A stretch of 64,000 nt of DNA from positions 448,001-512,000 of the forward strand of contig JBEPYN010000001.1 in the NCBI GenBank assembly GCA_041641305.1. The letters are read 5' to 3'. The stretch is from Nitrososphaerota archaeon. Lineage in GTDB: Archaea > Thermoproteota > Nitrososphaeria_A > Caldarchaeales > Caldarchaeaceae. The position numbers and the translations under genes were made by a program. This document shows positions 37,500-47,916 of the stretch, one piece after another. The first letter of the stretch is position 1. The number at the start of each line of letters is the position of its first letter. The notes under the pieces were generated by a model. That model worked only from the letters and a program-made list of their open reading frames with translations, was not told the DNA's origin and did no database searches.

Positions 37500-39584
37500 A
37501 TGAATATGCTCTTTAGCTGGATAAACATGGCTGACGGCATGCAGAAGCCCAACCGGCTAATCAACGAGAAGAGCCCCTACCTACTGCAGCATGCTTACAA
37601 CCCCGTCGACTGGTATCCATGGGGTGAAGAAGCCTTTAGGAAGGCCAAAGAAGAGAACAAACCCATTTTCCTCAGCATAGGATACTCATCATGCCACTGG
37701 TGCCACGTAATGGAGAAAGAGTCTTTTGAGGACGAAAAGATAGCAGAGCTTCTCAACACCTATTTCGTGCCTGTTAAGGTGGACCGTGAAGAAAGACCCG
37801 ACATAGATGATGTATACATGAAGGCTGTCATGATGATGACGGGGCATGGTGGATGGCCTCTCACCGTTTTCCTCACGCCTGACTTGAAACCATTTTTCGG
37901 GGGAACATACTTTCCGCCTAGGAGGAGGGGTGGACTACGTGGTCTCGACGAAATACTGCGGGGAATCGCCGAGCTTTGGAGAAAAGACCCCAAACAGGTT
38001 ATGGATGCCGCTGAACAGAACGTCAGCTTACTCAAATCATTCTACACCACGGAAAGATCTGTTTCCACACCATCCTACAACCTCGTCTTCACAGCTTTTG
38101 ACATCTTAGCCACTTCCTTCGACAGCCTTTACGGAGGCTTCGGCGGAGCGCCCAAATTCCCCATGCCGGTTTACCTCGACTTTCTACAGGTCTTCAGCGT
38201 GTTGGAGAAAGAGTCTGCGGCAGTCCGCATGGTTTCAACAACTCTCGAGAACATGGCCCGCGGAGGGCTGCATGACCATCTTGGCGGCGGCTTCTTCAGA
38301 TATTCCACTGACCGTGTATGGCTAGTCCCACATTTTGAGAAAATGCTCTACGACAACGCCCTGCTCGCCCGTGTATACATGCAGCATTACCAGCTCACCG
38401 GCGACACATTCTACAAAGAAGTCGGGACAGCCACGCTTGACTGGCTGATGAACGAGATGATGTCGCCTGAAGGTGGCTTCTACTCGGCCATGGATGCCGA
38501 CAGCCCCGAGGGCGAGGGAGCATACTATGTCTGGAGGCTCAATGAGTTGGAGCAGGTTCTCGGCCATGAGTTGGCGAAGATTGCTGCAAAAATTTTCGCA
38601 GTAACAGATACGGGCAACTTCGAGCATGGAAAAAACATCCTCACGATGCGGAAGAGGATTGCAGATCTTGCGGTCGAGCTGGGTGTTGATGAGCAGGCGT
38701 TTAAACAAATTCTGGCCGAAGTGAAAAGCAAGCTTTTGGATGCTAGAAGAAAACGGCCAGCACCCGGTGTAGATGACAAGATAATCGCATCTTGGAACGG
38801 CCTCGCTATCTCAGCACTTTGCACAGGATACCGAGCCACAGGCGAGAAACGCTACCTCGACGCAGCGGTGAAAACCACTGACTTCATCGTCTCCGAGATG
38901 TGGCACGAAAACATTCTCTATCGCATCTACAAGAACGACGCATCTATCCCCGGCTTTCTCGACGACTACGCGGCCGTCGTCAACGCTTTGCTCGATGTGT
39001 TTGAGGTATGCTTTGAGCCGAGGTTCCTCGCCACAGCTGTGGACATCGCTAATAGATTGATTGAGCTTTTCTGGGACAACGAGGGCGGGGGGTTCTATTA
39101 CTCTGTTGATGATGTGGCAGGATTTGCACGGATAAAAGATGCCTATGACGGAGCCACCCCATCCGGGAACACACTGGCAGCCGCCGCACTCCTAAAGCTC
39201 TCCGAGCTAACCGGAGAAACAAAATATCTCCAATATGTTGAGGCGACTCTGAAGAGTTTCGCATCCAGGATGGAGACGGCGCCGGCTGAACACACCGGAT
39301 TGATTACTGTGTTGGCGGGCTTCCACACGAGGAGGATGGAGGTTGTGTTGGTCACCGAATCACTGCGGGACGTACAGCCATACCTTACTCATTTGTATAG
39401 AGAATTCAAGCCGTTTAGAAGCGTGGTAGTGGTTCATGGCGGGAACAGTGAGACGCTTCTGAAATACACGGGTCTCGTGGCCGACAAGCCAGCTAAGGGA
39501 CCTGTTACCGCATATGTCTGCGAAAACTACAGCTGCAAAATGCCTGTAACAAGTTTCGAGGAATTCGTCAAAATGCTTAGTTGA
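37500..39584 (+). CDS. YyaL/SSP411-family thioredoxin + alpha/alpha-barrel protein
   Basis: [46 protein letters not shown]. Confidence 0.92.
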   Translation: MNMLFSWINMADGMQKPNRLINEKSPYLLQHAYNPVDWYPWGEEAFRKAKEENKPIFLSIGYSSCHWCHVMEKESFEDEKIAELLNTYFVPVKVDREERPDIDDVYMKAVMMMTGHGGWPLTVFLTPDLKPFFGGTYFPPRRRGGLRGLDEILRGIAELWRKDPKQVMDAAEQNVSLLKSFYTTERSVSTPSYNLVFTAFDILATSFDSLYGGFGGAPKFPMPVYLDFLQVFSVLEKESAAVRMVSTTLENMARGGLHDHLGGGFFRYSTDRVWLVPHFEKMLYDNALLARVYMQHYQLTGDTFYKEVGTATLDWLMNEMMSPEGGFYSAMDADSPEGEGAYYVWRLNELEQVLGHELAKIAAKIFAVTDTGNFEHGKNILTMRKRIADLAVELGVDEQAFKQILAEVKSKLLDARRKRPAPGVDDKIIASWNGLAISALCTGYRATGEKRYLDAAVKTTDFIVSEMWHENILYRIYKNDASIPGFLDDYAAVVNALLDVFEVCFEPRFLATAVDIANRLIELFWDNEGGGFYYSVDDVAGFARIKDAYDGATPSGNTLAAAALLKLSELTGETKYLQYVEATLKSFASRMETAPAEHTGLITVLAGFHTRRMEVVLVTESLRDVQPYLTHLYREFKPFRSVVVVHGGNSETLLKYTGLVADKPAKGPVTAYVCENYSCKMPVTSFEEFVKMLS

Positions 39585-39590
39585 GTAGAC

Positions 39591-40760
39591 ATGAGGAAAA
39601 GGTTTGCAGCTCTTTTGCTTACGTGGGTTTCTTGGTTCTGGAGCCATGGTACACGTGTGGGCATATCGGCGATTACGCCATTCATCCGCCAGAGATACAG
39701 CATGTCCACACCCGAGGCCGCCGCGGTGCCCGGAATACTCAACCTCGGCTTCTACGGCTTCGCAGTCTTCTCGGGAAAAGTTCCGTCAAAGACGGGGTAC
39801 AGAAACACGGCAGCGGCTGCAGCCCTCGGCTCCGCAGCCTTCATGTTCTTGGCCGCCCTTTTCGACAACCAACTATTCCTCTACGTGGCCGTGTTCATGA
39901 CAGGAATTTTCCTTTCCCTTCATCTGCCATCTGTGATACCTTGGCTGGGCACACTCTTCAAGGGTAGTCGACAGGGGTTCATCATAGGTGTGCATGAGTC
40001 GGCGGCGCCCGCTGGCCAGACGCTTGGCCCAATCATACTTGCTATTCTCGTATCAACTGTTGGAGTAGCCTACATGTTCGCAGCATGGGCATTCATCCCA
40101 TTCCTCGCAGGCCTCTGCCTATTGCTCCTATTCCGCGGAGACAGGCAAATGCCTGCACAGGTTGTTGGCGGAGGTGGAAAAATTTTTGACACGGAGTTTC
40201 TCGCTCTGACCCTTGTAACGGTAGCCAACCTAGTCGGAAACCTCGGAGTCGTCGCAATTGTGCCGCTGCATCTCGTGGACACCTTCGGATTGGAGAAAAC
40301 CTTCGTGGCTACGGTGGTTGGTGTCAGCAGGTTATTGGGCGTCTTTGGACAGCCTTTAGGCGGATACCTCCACGACAAACACGGTTTCTACAAAGTCGCG
40401 CTAATAGTAACTGTGGCCAACCTCTTTTCCAACATTTACTTGATTCTAGCGCCATACAATCCTCTATACCCTGTTGTCATGACCATCCAAGCATTCGTGA
40501 CAGCAATGTACTTCCCCCTCGTCTACAGTCACCTCGTCAAAACTCATGGCCCACAGGCATCACAATATCTTGGCTCTATGTTCTTCATAGCTGGACTCGC
40601 AGGTCCCACGACCGCGCCAATCTTAGCAGGGTTTATTGCGGAACGGGTTGGTTATGCAGCTGCTCTCGGCTATCCCGCTGCATTGGCTTTGGCCGGTTCT
40701 CTCATGATGCTTTCTTTGCGAAAAGGAAAAAATATGGGTTCGATAGTTAACCATGGCTGA
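39591..40760 (+). CDS. MFS transporter
   Basis: About 12 TM, GGYLHDKHG motif A-like. Confidence 0.85.
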   Translation: MRKRFAALLLTWVSWFWSHGTRVGISAITPFIRQRYSMSTPEAAAVPGILNLGFYGFAVFSGKVPSKTGYRNTAAAAALGSAAFMFLAALFDNQLFLYVAVFMTGIFLSLHLPSVIPWLGTLFKGSRQGFIIGVHESAAPAGQTLGPIILAILVSTVGVAYMFAAWAFIPFLAGLCLLLLFRGDRQMPAQVVGGGGKIFDTEFLALTLVTVANLVGNLGVVAIVPLHLVDTFGLEKTFVATVVGVSRLLGVFGQPLGGYLHDKHGFYKVALIVTVANLFSNIYLILAPYNPLYPVVMTIQAFVTAMYFPLVYSHLVKTHGPQASQYLGSMFFIAGLAGPTTAPILAGFIAERVGYAAALGYPAALALAGSLMMLSLRKGKNMGSIVNHG

Positions 40761-40766
40761 TTTGAA

Positions 40767-41903
40767 ATGGTTGTCATCAAGCTTCCGGATGTTGGAGAAG
40801 GAATAGCCGAGGGGGAGGTTCTGAAGTTTCTTGTGAAGGAAGGTGATTTTGTGGAGAAGTATCAGCCGCTCGTCGAGGTTATGACAGTGAAGGTGACGGT
40901 TGAGATTCCATCGCCCGTGAGGGGCCGTGTCACAAAGCTTTTGGCTTCGCCGGGTCAGGTGCTCAAGGTCGGCGACCCATTCATCGAGATAGAGACAGAG
41001 GAAGCCGTTGAATCACCCGTTGAAGATAAGGGGGCTGTTGCGCAGGCTGCTGCACCCACTTCTACGGTTGAGAAGGCTACAAAGGTTCAGGCAACTCCCG
41101 CGGTAAAGAAGCTTGCAAAAGAGCTCGGCGTGGACCTCTCAACAGTTGTGGGAACAGGACCGGGTGGAAGAATCACTGAGGAAGATGTGAGAAGAGCTGC
41201 GTCATCTGAAGAGACACGCATACCCATAAAAGGTCTTCGACGCATCATCGCTGAAAGACTCGTCCAGGCCAAGACACGGGCAGCCCTCGTCACTGTTTTT
41301 GAAAATGTAGACGCCGAGGAGCTTGTCAAGCTCAGAGACGAACTCCGGTCTATGCAGGATGAGAAGGGTGTTAAGATGACGTACTTGCCGCTGGTTATGA
41401 AGGCGGTGGTTGCAGCTGTAAGGGATGTTCCCGCTATGAATGGATGGGTTGATGATGATAGAAACGAGATAGTTTTGTCGAAATCCGTCAACATCGGTAT
41501 AGCCGTCGACACACCCGATGGACTTCTAGTACCAATTGTCAAAAATGTTGAATCAAAAGATGTGTGGAAATTGGCGCGTGAGATAGAGGAGTTGGCTGAG
41601 AAAGCTCGTAGCGGTAAACTCTCTCTCGACGACGTTAGAGGGGGGACCATAAGCATATCCAGTTACGGATCACTCGGCTCGCTGTCAGGAACTCCGATAA
41701 TCAATTACCCGGAGATAGCTATCGTCGGGGTTGGCCGTGTAGAGAAAAGGCCTGTCGTGAAAAACGATGCTGTGGTTGTTGGGCATGTGATGGAGATTGC
41801 TGTTACGATGGACCACAGGGCTGTTGACGGTGGAACGATGGCGAAGTTCGTCAACTCGCTCAAACATCATCTCGAAAACATCAGGGCCGCTGCGGGAGTT
41901 TGA
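40767..41903 (+). CDS. 2-oxoacid dehydrogenase E2 (dihydrolipoamide acyltransferase)
   Basis: LPDVGEGIAEG lipoyl domain with MTVKV, ATPAVKKLA E3-binding region, GTGPGGRI, DHRAVDG. Confidence 0.92.
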   Translation: MVVIKLPDVGEGIAEGEVLKFLVKEGDFVEKYQPLVEVMTVKVTVEIPSPVRGRVTKLLASPGQVLKVGDPFIEIETEEAVESPVEDKGAVAQAAAPTSTVEKATKVQATPAVKKLAKELGVDLSTVVGTGPGGRITEEDVRRAASSEETRIPIKGLRRIIAERLVQAKTRAALVTVFENVDAEELVKLRDELRSMQDEKGVKMTYLPLVMKAVVAAVRDVPAMNGWVDDDRNEIVLSKSVNIGIAVDTPDGLLVPIVKNVESKDVWKLAREIEELAEKARSGKLSLDDVRGGTISISSYGSLGSLSGTPIINYPEIAIVGVGRVEKRPVVKNDAVVVGHVMEIAVTMDHRAVDGGTMAKFVNSLKHHLENIRAAAGV

Positions 41904-42523
41904 AAAAAGTTTCGGAGCTGGGGTTTAGGACGGACAGCTGGTATGAGGTGATTGTCTCAACCTATTCAGAGCATGGCGAACCACATTTCGCGGCGATGGG
42001 ATGCGGCCTTTCGGATGATGAGCATCTTATCCTGAAACCATACACCAACACAGAGACCTACAGAAACCTACTATCACAAAGGGCCGCGGCCATAAACATC
42101 ACCAACGAACCCGTTCACTTCTACTCTGCAGTTTTCAAAAAACAGCTTCCCCATATACGGAGCGACAAGGTCCCAGCACCACTTCTCGACGGAGCTGACG
42201 CATGGATAGAAGCGGTGGTTGAAAACATCTCCAACGACGCCCCTGATAGAGCCGTAGTCACACTAACCCCAGTCAACATAAAACCCGCCCAGCCATATAT
42301 ACGACCGTATTCACGAGCTCGCCATGCGCTTATTGAGATGCTCATACACTACACTCGGGTCAGGGTTTTCGCGCATACTCCGATGCATCACAGGGCTGTA
42401 GCTTTGGCTGAGAAAATTCTGGACTACGCGGCTCTCGTTAGACGTGTATCCTCCAACTCTGTTTATCTCCATATATGTGAGGAGGTTGTTAATGAGCTGG
42501 GTAAGCTGGGTGTGCTGGGTTGA
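41900..42523 (+). CDS. DUF447 family protein
   Basis: YEVIVST...PHFAAMG, TYRNL, RARHALIEMLIHYTR. Confidence 0.8.
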   Translation: MKKVSELGFRTDSWYEVIVSTYSEHGEPHFAAMGCGLSDDEHLILKPYTNTETYRNLLSQRAAAINITNEPVHFYSAVFKKQLPHIRSDKVPAPLLDGADAWIEAVVENISNDAPDRAVVTLTPVNIKPAQPYIRPYSRARHALIEMLIHYTRVRVFAHTPMHHRAVALAEKILDYAALVRRVSSNSVYLHICEEVVNELGKLGVLG

Positions 42524-43455
42524 TTGTAGAAGTAGAGGCCTATGCTAGGCTTCATATGGGGCTGTTCGAGCTTGGGCAACATTTTGGGAGGAGATGGGGA
42601 GGCCTCGGAGTAGCTATAAATCAGCCAAGCCTCCGTATCACCATAAACGCCGAGAATAGTAAACATTTTGAAGGCGTCGATGAAGAGGAGGCCGAGAGGA
42701 TTGTCAACACATTGTGTAAAAATTTTGGGAGAGAGTTCAAGGGAGGTTTGAGGGTGTATTCAGGTATCCCGGTGCATAGGGGGTTTGGGTCGCGTACGCA
42801 GTTTCGACTTGCGTTGGCTACTGCCGTATGCATGGCCGTGAATGTCGAGTGCCCGATTGACCGCCTCGCCGAGATACTGGGAATAGGTGAGGTTTCCACT
42901 GTTGGCACGCATCTGTTTGCTCATGGCGGCTTCGTTGTCCAGCTTCCCAGACAATTTACTCATAAGGGCCTCGGCTCCTTCATCAGGCTTGAGTTTCCAG
43001 AGGACTGGTGGTTTGTCATAGCTTATCCCACTGACGTCAGGGGCCTTGATGAGAATGAGGAGCGGCGGATGTTCAGCACCCTACCACCCCAAGAGAGCGT
43101 GTCATGTATGGAGATAAGCCACCTTATACTCGGCGGCCTTTTACCCTCGCTTATGGAGAGAGACTTGACAGGGTTTGGGGAATGTTTATCGGCTCTTCAG
43201 CGGCTTGTTGGACAGTATTTTGCCTCGGTTCAAGGAGGTGTTTTCAGGGTGGCTGAGGCTGTTCAGCTCCTGAGGATGGCCGGTGCGAAAGGTGTTGGGC
43301 AGAGCTCATGGGGCCCAGCTGTATACGGACTGTTCGGAGCACATTCTGATGCTGAAAAAGCGGCTTCGGAGCTTAAACAACATCTTGGCGACAAGTGGAT
43401 TGTTTATGCAACAACCGCGGTGAACCATGGTGCACGTGTCTCAGTCAGACCTTAG
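42520..43455 (+). CDS. Beta-ribofuranosylaminobenzene 5'-phosphate (RFAP) synthase-like GHMP-family protein
   Basis: ARLHMGL, GGLGVAI, PVHRGFGSRTQ, FAHGGFVV, GQSSWGPAVY. Confidence 0.85.
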   Translation: MIVEVEAYARLHMGLFELGQHFGRRWGGLGVAINQPSLRITINAENSKHFEGVDEEEAERIVNTLCKNFGREFKGGLRVYSGIPVHRGFGSRTQFRLALATAVCMAVNVECPIDRLAEILGIGEVSTVGTHLFAHGGFVVQLPRQFTHKGLGSFIRLEFPEDWWFVIAYPTDVRGLDENEERRMFSTLPPQESVSCMEISHLILGGLLPSLMERDLTGFGECLSALQRLVGQYFASVQGGVFRVAEAVQLLRMAGAKGVGQSSWGPAVYGLFGAHSDAEKAASELKQHLGDKWIVYATTAVNHGARVSVRP

Positions 43456-44547
43456 CTCACTAATTATTCTCTCAACCTCGAACCCGCTGAGCCTAACATG
43501 GTCTAGAACGGTGCCTTGTGCCCTCCTTATCTCAAGTGTCTCGACAAGCTCGGAATATTTTCCGCCGCCGAGGCCGTTTGCTATCAGAGCCGCGCCCATA
43601 GCCACATCCTTTGCACGTTTTGCGAAAACATTCGTGGGCCTCCGCGTCTTCAACCCCAGCTTCCTCTGAAGCCATGCGGCCACGGCTTCACGTATAGGCT
43701 CAACCCTCGAGAGACGGCCCGTCAAAATCACCTCCCGCGGCCTCTTCTCCATAACAGCCGCCAGCATGGCGACAGCCTTGCCAACACCCTCGACAAAGCA
43801 GCGGAAAGCATCGGCGTAATCACTGTTTAGGCCTGCGGCCAGTTTTTCGACTTCAACCTTCGTTCCCGCCGCAATCCATGAAACTCCTCCCTCGAAAAGC
43901 GTCTTTTTACTGAAGCCACCAAGAAGATAGGCGAGCTCGCCGTCCATCAGCCCGATAGATAGGTATCCGGGACCTGGGAAAATGGTTCCACCCACTCCGT
44001 CCACGATTTTCCCGTTCTCCACAGCCATGGCTGCGTTGTATCCCAGCCCCATCTCCACGCAAATCAGAGATGTTTCATCATACCTTATGCCATGGACCAT
44101 CGACTGGTCCCAAACCGCATAAGCTGTCACACATGTCTTGTCCGCCGTGCCCATGTCTATTTTGTTGTATTTCCTGTGTGCTGGGACGGTTGGGAGCTGA
44201 ACTACTCCCGGCAGAGTATATCCATTCACACGTCGTTCACGGAGCATGCGGAGCATCGACCTCACACCCGAGAGCACCGGAGCACCATAGTCGCTCCTAC
44301 GCTCCAGAGTAGTCAGAGCAAGATCCTTTTCATCGATTTCGCTCAGCTTCTTGAAGCTTAGGCCATAGCCCGACGGCCCTACAACTAAATCAGGCTTGAC
44401 GGAGAGAACCATTTCTACGACTTCCGCGGGCCTCTCAGCCACTTTAGACGATGGAATCGTCTCGTCGAGAACAACATTGTCCACATCGTCCTCGATGCAG
44501 AGGATGTCGAAGTTACCCGTGCCCGGGTCGATTCCCAAAGCCCTCAT
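43441..44547 (-). CDS. DUF1464 family (ASKHA-fold kinase-like)
   Basis: ALGIDPGT, GPSGYG, KYNKIDMGTADK, GKIVDGVGG, MDGELAYLL. Confidence 0.85.
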   Translation of the reverse strand: MRALGIDPGTGNFDILCIEDDVDNVVLDETIPSSKVAERPAEVVEMVLSVKPDLVVGPSGYGLSFKKLSEIDEKDLALTTLERRSDYGAPVLSGVRSMLRMLRERRVNGYTLPGVVQLPTVPAHRKYNKIDMGTADKTCVTAYAVWDQSMVHGIRYDETSLICVEMGLGYNAAMAVENGKIVDGVGGTIFPGPGYLSIGLMDGELAYLLGGFSKKTLFEGGVSWIAAGTKVEVEKLAAGLNSDYADAFRCFVEGVGKAVAMLAAVMEKRPREVILTGRLSRVEPIREAVAAWLQRKLGLKTRRPTNVFAKRAKDVAMGAALIANGLGGGKYSELVETLEIRRAQGTVLDHVRLSGFEVERIISELRSD

Positions 44548-44575
44548 AATGGGTTGAAAAAATGGTGATGGTTTT

Positions 44576-45760
44576 TTAGTTTTTTTGGGATGTTGGGAGG
44601 CTTATTCTTAGGTTTGTCAGTGTTTGTCGGAGGCCTGTGTCGCGGCTTATGCCGAGTGTTATGAGGCCGATGCTGAAGCTCAAGGGCAGCAGGTAAGCTA
44701 GGGTCGGGTTGATGGAGTAGAGGCTGAAGGATGGCAGTATAGGAGGTATGATGGCTCTCCAGAAGTCATAGTGTAGAGCGAGAGTTGGCATGCCGAGGAA
44801 AATTGTCGAGAGCAAGACCGTCATGCTGTAGATGCTGCCGCTTCCTGCTCTCCACTCTGTGCTGTAGATGCATGAACCCGCTAAAGCGATTCCTACGCCG
44901 AAGATCAGGCCGCCCAACGCTATCTGTATTTGGCTGATGTTGGGGACCACGCCGCCGAAGCCTATCGGTATTCCGAGAAGCTGGAGAATGTATATTCCGG
45001 TTGAGAATGTTAGAAGAATTATCCCAATTGCTTTGACGTTGACCCAGCTCGCTATCTGTTTGTTGACTAGGTCTCGGTAGCATGAGCCGAAGCAAATCCC
45101 TGAAAAGGTTCCCAACGCACCAAACGCTATTCCCGCGGCCCAGAACACGGCGACAACAGGTGGCAGAAAAGGTATCAACGCAACACCCAGCACCCCAAGC
45201 AGAATACCCACAACCTTCTGCAAACCTGTGGCCGGTAGGTAGGAGAATTTGTGAGCCCTAGCCCTGAACATGAAGAACTTCTCTGTAACCTTCAAGCCAC
45301 CATACACTCCCACAAGCAGCGCAGCTGTGAAGGTGATTGCGTTGATGCCTGCCGCCGTCCATGCTGATAGGAAGTTTCCGATGTTGCATCCCAGCGCAAG
45401 CCTCGAGCCGTAGCCAAGCAAAAACCCACCAACGATAGCCTGCAAAAGCATCCATCTGTTGGGCAGATGCCGGAGCAGAAACTGTCCAGAGAGTAGGGCT
45501 GGCAACGCTCCTCCCAACAAAATAGCTAGCACGATCGTCTGGGCCGGGTCCGAGAAAACAGGCACGAGCTTGAACTGCTGATAGTAGGTCAGCGACTCGA
45601 CTGGTAGGCCGAGTAGGTTGTAGAGATGGCCACCGATCTTCGATTCACCGCTTGTTATCCCCCAGAGACTGCCGCGTCCCGTCACCGAATAAACGGCAAC
45701 AGCTATTCCGACCGATACGAGCCCTATAAGAAATGCTGATACGTATGTTTTTCGCGACAT
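44576..45760 (-). CDS. YeeE/YedE (TsuA-like) thiosulfate transporter
   Basis: WGIT, GYGSRLALGCNIG, GICFG, FGVGIALAGSC. Confidence 0.85.
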   Translation of the reverse strand: MSRKTYVSAFLIGLVSVGIAVAVYSVTGRGSLWGITSGESKIGGHLYNLLGLPVESLTYYQQFKLVPVFSDPAQTIVLAILLGGALPALLSGQFLLRHLPNRWMLLQAIVGGFLLGYGSRLALGCNIGNFLSAWTAAGINAITFTAALLVGVYGGLKVTEKFFMFRARAHKFSYLPATGLQKVVGILLGVLGVALIPFLPPVVAVFWAAGIAFGALGTFSGICFGSCYRDLVNKQIASWVNVKAIGIILLTFSTGIYILQLLGIPIGFGGVVPNISQIQIALGGLIFGVGIALAGSCIYSTEWRAGSGSIYSMTVLLSTIFLGMPTLALHYDFWRAIIPPILPSFSLYSINPTLAYLLPLSFSIGLITLGISRDTGLRQTLTNLRISLPTSQKN

Positions 45761-45806
45761 CTTTTCACCTCTTTTACGCTTCTTGAATATTTCGCCAATA
45801 TAAAAG

Positions 45807-45830
45807 TATTATTAGGTTTAACTAATAGTA
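45807..45830. promoter_or_regulatory. AT-rich palindrome TATTATTAG-GTTTAA-CTAATAGTA between divergent yeeE and tusA-like genes
   Basis: 9-bp inverted repeat with one mismatch, between two TATA-like elements. Confidence 0.5.
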
Positions 45831-45879
45831 AACTAATACCAAAATAAAGTATTTAAACCACCGAAGATAATCATAAACC

Positions 45880-46152
45880 ATGACACAAAGCATAGAGCAT
45901 ATGCTGAAGAAGGTCGAGGAGAAAAGGTATGTCCTTGATGTCCGCGGCTATTCATGCCCTTACCCACAGCTTTTCCTCGCACAAGCTCTCAAAGCCGTCG
46001 AGAAAGACTCCTTTCTCGAAGTCCTAACGGATAACCCGCCGTCAACAGAAACCCTGCCCCGCTCCATACGCAACAACAAACAAGAATATGTCGGCACCGA
46101 GGTTGTCCAGCCCGGGGTCTGGAAAATAACCGCAAAAAAGGTTACCGCCTAG
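45880..46152 (+). CDS. TusA/YeeD (TsuB-like) sulfurtransferase
   Basis: LDVRGYSCPYP, LEVLTDNPPS. Confidence 0.88.
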   Translation: MTQSIEHMLKKVEEKRYVLDVRGYSCPYPQLFLAQALKAVEKDSFLEVLTDNPPSTETLPRSIRNNKQEYVGTEVVQPGVWKITAKKVTA

Positions 46153-47204
46153 ACGAGCAGCAGCGAGCTTTTGATGACTGAGACGTCGGAAACACCCTCC
46201 TCGATATACTTCGCGATTGTCGAGAGGTTGCGTACCTCGGCCTCCTTTAGGTAGATGAAGGCCATGAGGTTCAGCTGTTTGAAGGGTGTCTTGTAGAAGC
46301 TTTGTGAAGCCCATTTCACGCGATAGATCTTCACCGTCTCCTCGATATCTGAAACAACCTGTGCCACATCCTGCTCAGAACGTATTTTGCTAAACAAAGG
46401 GCTCTCCGGCAGTTGGGCCAACACTTTTTTCACATCATCGGCCTCAACCAAATCGTCTAACAACCGTCTAGGCACCTCGACGGTCTCCTCGGGCAAAAAC
46501 TCTCTCAGGTTGCTGGGCACAAGTCCCCACAGCCGACCCCTTATCGCTATCGCAAATGCTCTCAAATCTATTTCGAGAACCATGGCGGGCTGGAGAAGTT
46601 TTCTCTCGTCTCGTGGAGTTTTCTTATATGCTTTGTACAGTTGTTGGATGTAGTCTTTATCTATTACGGCGTCGACTGCGGAGAAATCTCTCCGACTGTT
46701 CCAAACTTCGACCGCCTTCTGCACTATGCTGTGATAGGGTGTGGCGAGAAATTCTTTGAGAAACTCCGCCAAATCCTTGGCCGTTAAAGCTCTTAGGGCA
46801 GTGTCACGGACCCCAAGCAGCTCCTCTGGATAAAGATCTATCCGCTTCAAAACCTCATCCTGTGACAAGCCCAGTGCCCTTGACTTGAGAATGGTCTTGA
46901 TGTTGAAGTAAACGTATCGCATAAACAGCGCTTTCAACAAGTTTGGCCGATTAGCTGTTTGAACCAGTTTATGATGGATGTTTACGAGTCCGTGTGTGAG
47001 AGCTTTTTCGATATCGACGGCGGTGTATGGTTTCTGTAACATGGCGAGAAACGGGCCGTATGTTGTTGCTCGGAGCCTGTCTACGAAGTCTGAAAGGTTT
47101 TTGGAGTATGCAATATCCTCGAGCCCTGTTGGTGTTAATAGCAGTGATTTGAGGGCGTAGACCTTTGTGACTGCGTAGACGGGGTCTCCGCGAAGCGTCA
47201 CCAC
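46149..47204 (-). CDS. A/V-type ATP synthase subunit C
   Basis: YAVTKVYALKSLLL, NIKTILKS, FIYLKEAEVRNLSTI. Confidence 0.8.
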   Translation of the reverse strand: MVTLRGDPVYAVTKVYALKSLLLTPTGLEDIAYSKNLSDFVDRLRATTYGPFLAMLQKPYTAVDIEKALTHGLVNIHHKLVQTANRPNLLKALFMRYVYFNIKTILKSRALGLSQDEVLKRIDLYPEELLGVRDTALRALTAKDLAEFLKEFLATPYHSIVQKAVEVWNSRRDFSAVDAVIDKDYIQQLYKAYKKTPRDERKLLQPAMVLEIDLRAFAIAIRGRLWGLVPSNLREFLPEETVEVPRRLLDDLVEADDVKKVLAQLPESPLFSKIRSEQDVAQVVSDIEETVKIYRVKWASQSFYKTPFKQLNLMAFIYLKEAEVRNLSTIAKYIEEGVSDVSVIKSSLLLV

Positions 47205-47210
47205 GGCTGC

Positions 47211-47540
47211 TCAGCTCCGAATGCCTAGAAGGGCTTTTCTCACAAGTTCTTCGGCCTGAGGCTTGACCTGCTCAGCTCTTCTCCTCACCTTCTCAACCTC
47301 ATACACACCCCTAGCCTGAATCTCCCGAGCCGCTTCCTCTGCTTTGCCAACCTCCTCATCATACAGCCTGCTCTGCCAAGCCCTCATCTCCTCCAAAACA
47401 GCCTGCCTTCTCTTCTCCGCCTCAACATACGCCATGTCGAGAAGAGCACGTCTCATCGAGTTAGCGAGGTCATTAACTTCGTCGATAACTTTCTCAACCT
47501 GCTGAAGCTCATCAAGTATTTTCCGTAGCTCGTCGACCAC
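47211..47540 (-). CDS. A/V-type ATP synthase peripheral stalk subunit H (G-like)
   Basis: 109-aa Glu/Arg/Ala coiled coil directly upstream of subunit C. Confidence 0.55.
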   Translation of the reverse strand: MVDELRKILDELQQVEKVIDEVNDLANSMRRALLDMAYVEAEKRRQAVLEEMRAWQSRLYDEEVGKAEEAAREIQARGVYEVEKVRRRAEQVKPQAEELVRKALLGIRS

Positions 47541-47590
47541 GGAAAACCCCTATACACCCCCGTTATAACCTTATTTCGGTCCAGCACCAT

Positions 47591-47884
47591 ATGCCGACGA
47601 TGACGGACATCGCCGACGAAGTGAGAAAAGCTCTCGCTATGCTGCGGGACCCAGTCTCAAACGCTCCAGCGATCTTTCTCGAATGCAAAGTCGTGATAGA
47701 GAAAGTTGAGGAGAACATTCTACACATCATATTGTATGCACGTGACCCCTATTCTCCGAAGATGCTAGCCTATGCGGAGGCGGCAAAAAGAATTGCATCC
47801 AAAACAGTTGGGGTCGCTAAGGTGTACGTCGAGGTACGCAACCATTTCATGGCTGAGCAGATCAACCTAATGCTGAATGGATAA
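47591..47884 (+). CDS. DUF59/MIP18-like Fe-S assembly protein (divergent)
   Basis: VRKALAMLRDPVS, PYSP, GVAKVYVEVRNH. Confidence 0.6.
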   Translation: MPTMTDIADEVRKALAMLRDPVSNAPAIFLECKVVIEKVEENILHIILYARDPYSPKMLAYAEAAKRIASKTVGVAKVYVEVRNHFMAEQINLMLNG

Positions 47885-47916
47885 TCATCCTTTTATCCAA
47901 CCATATAGGCTGTTGG

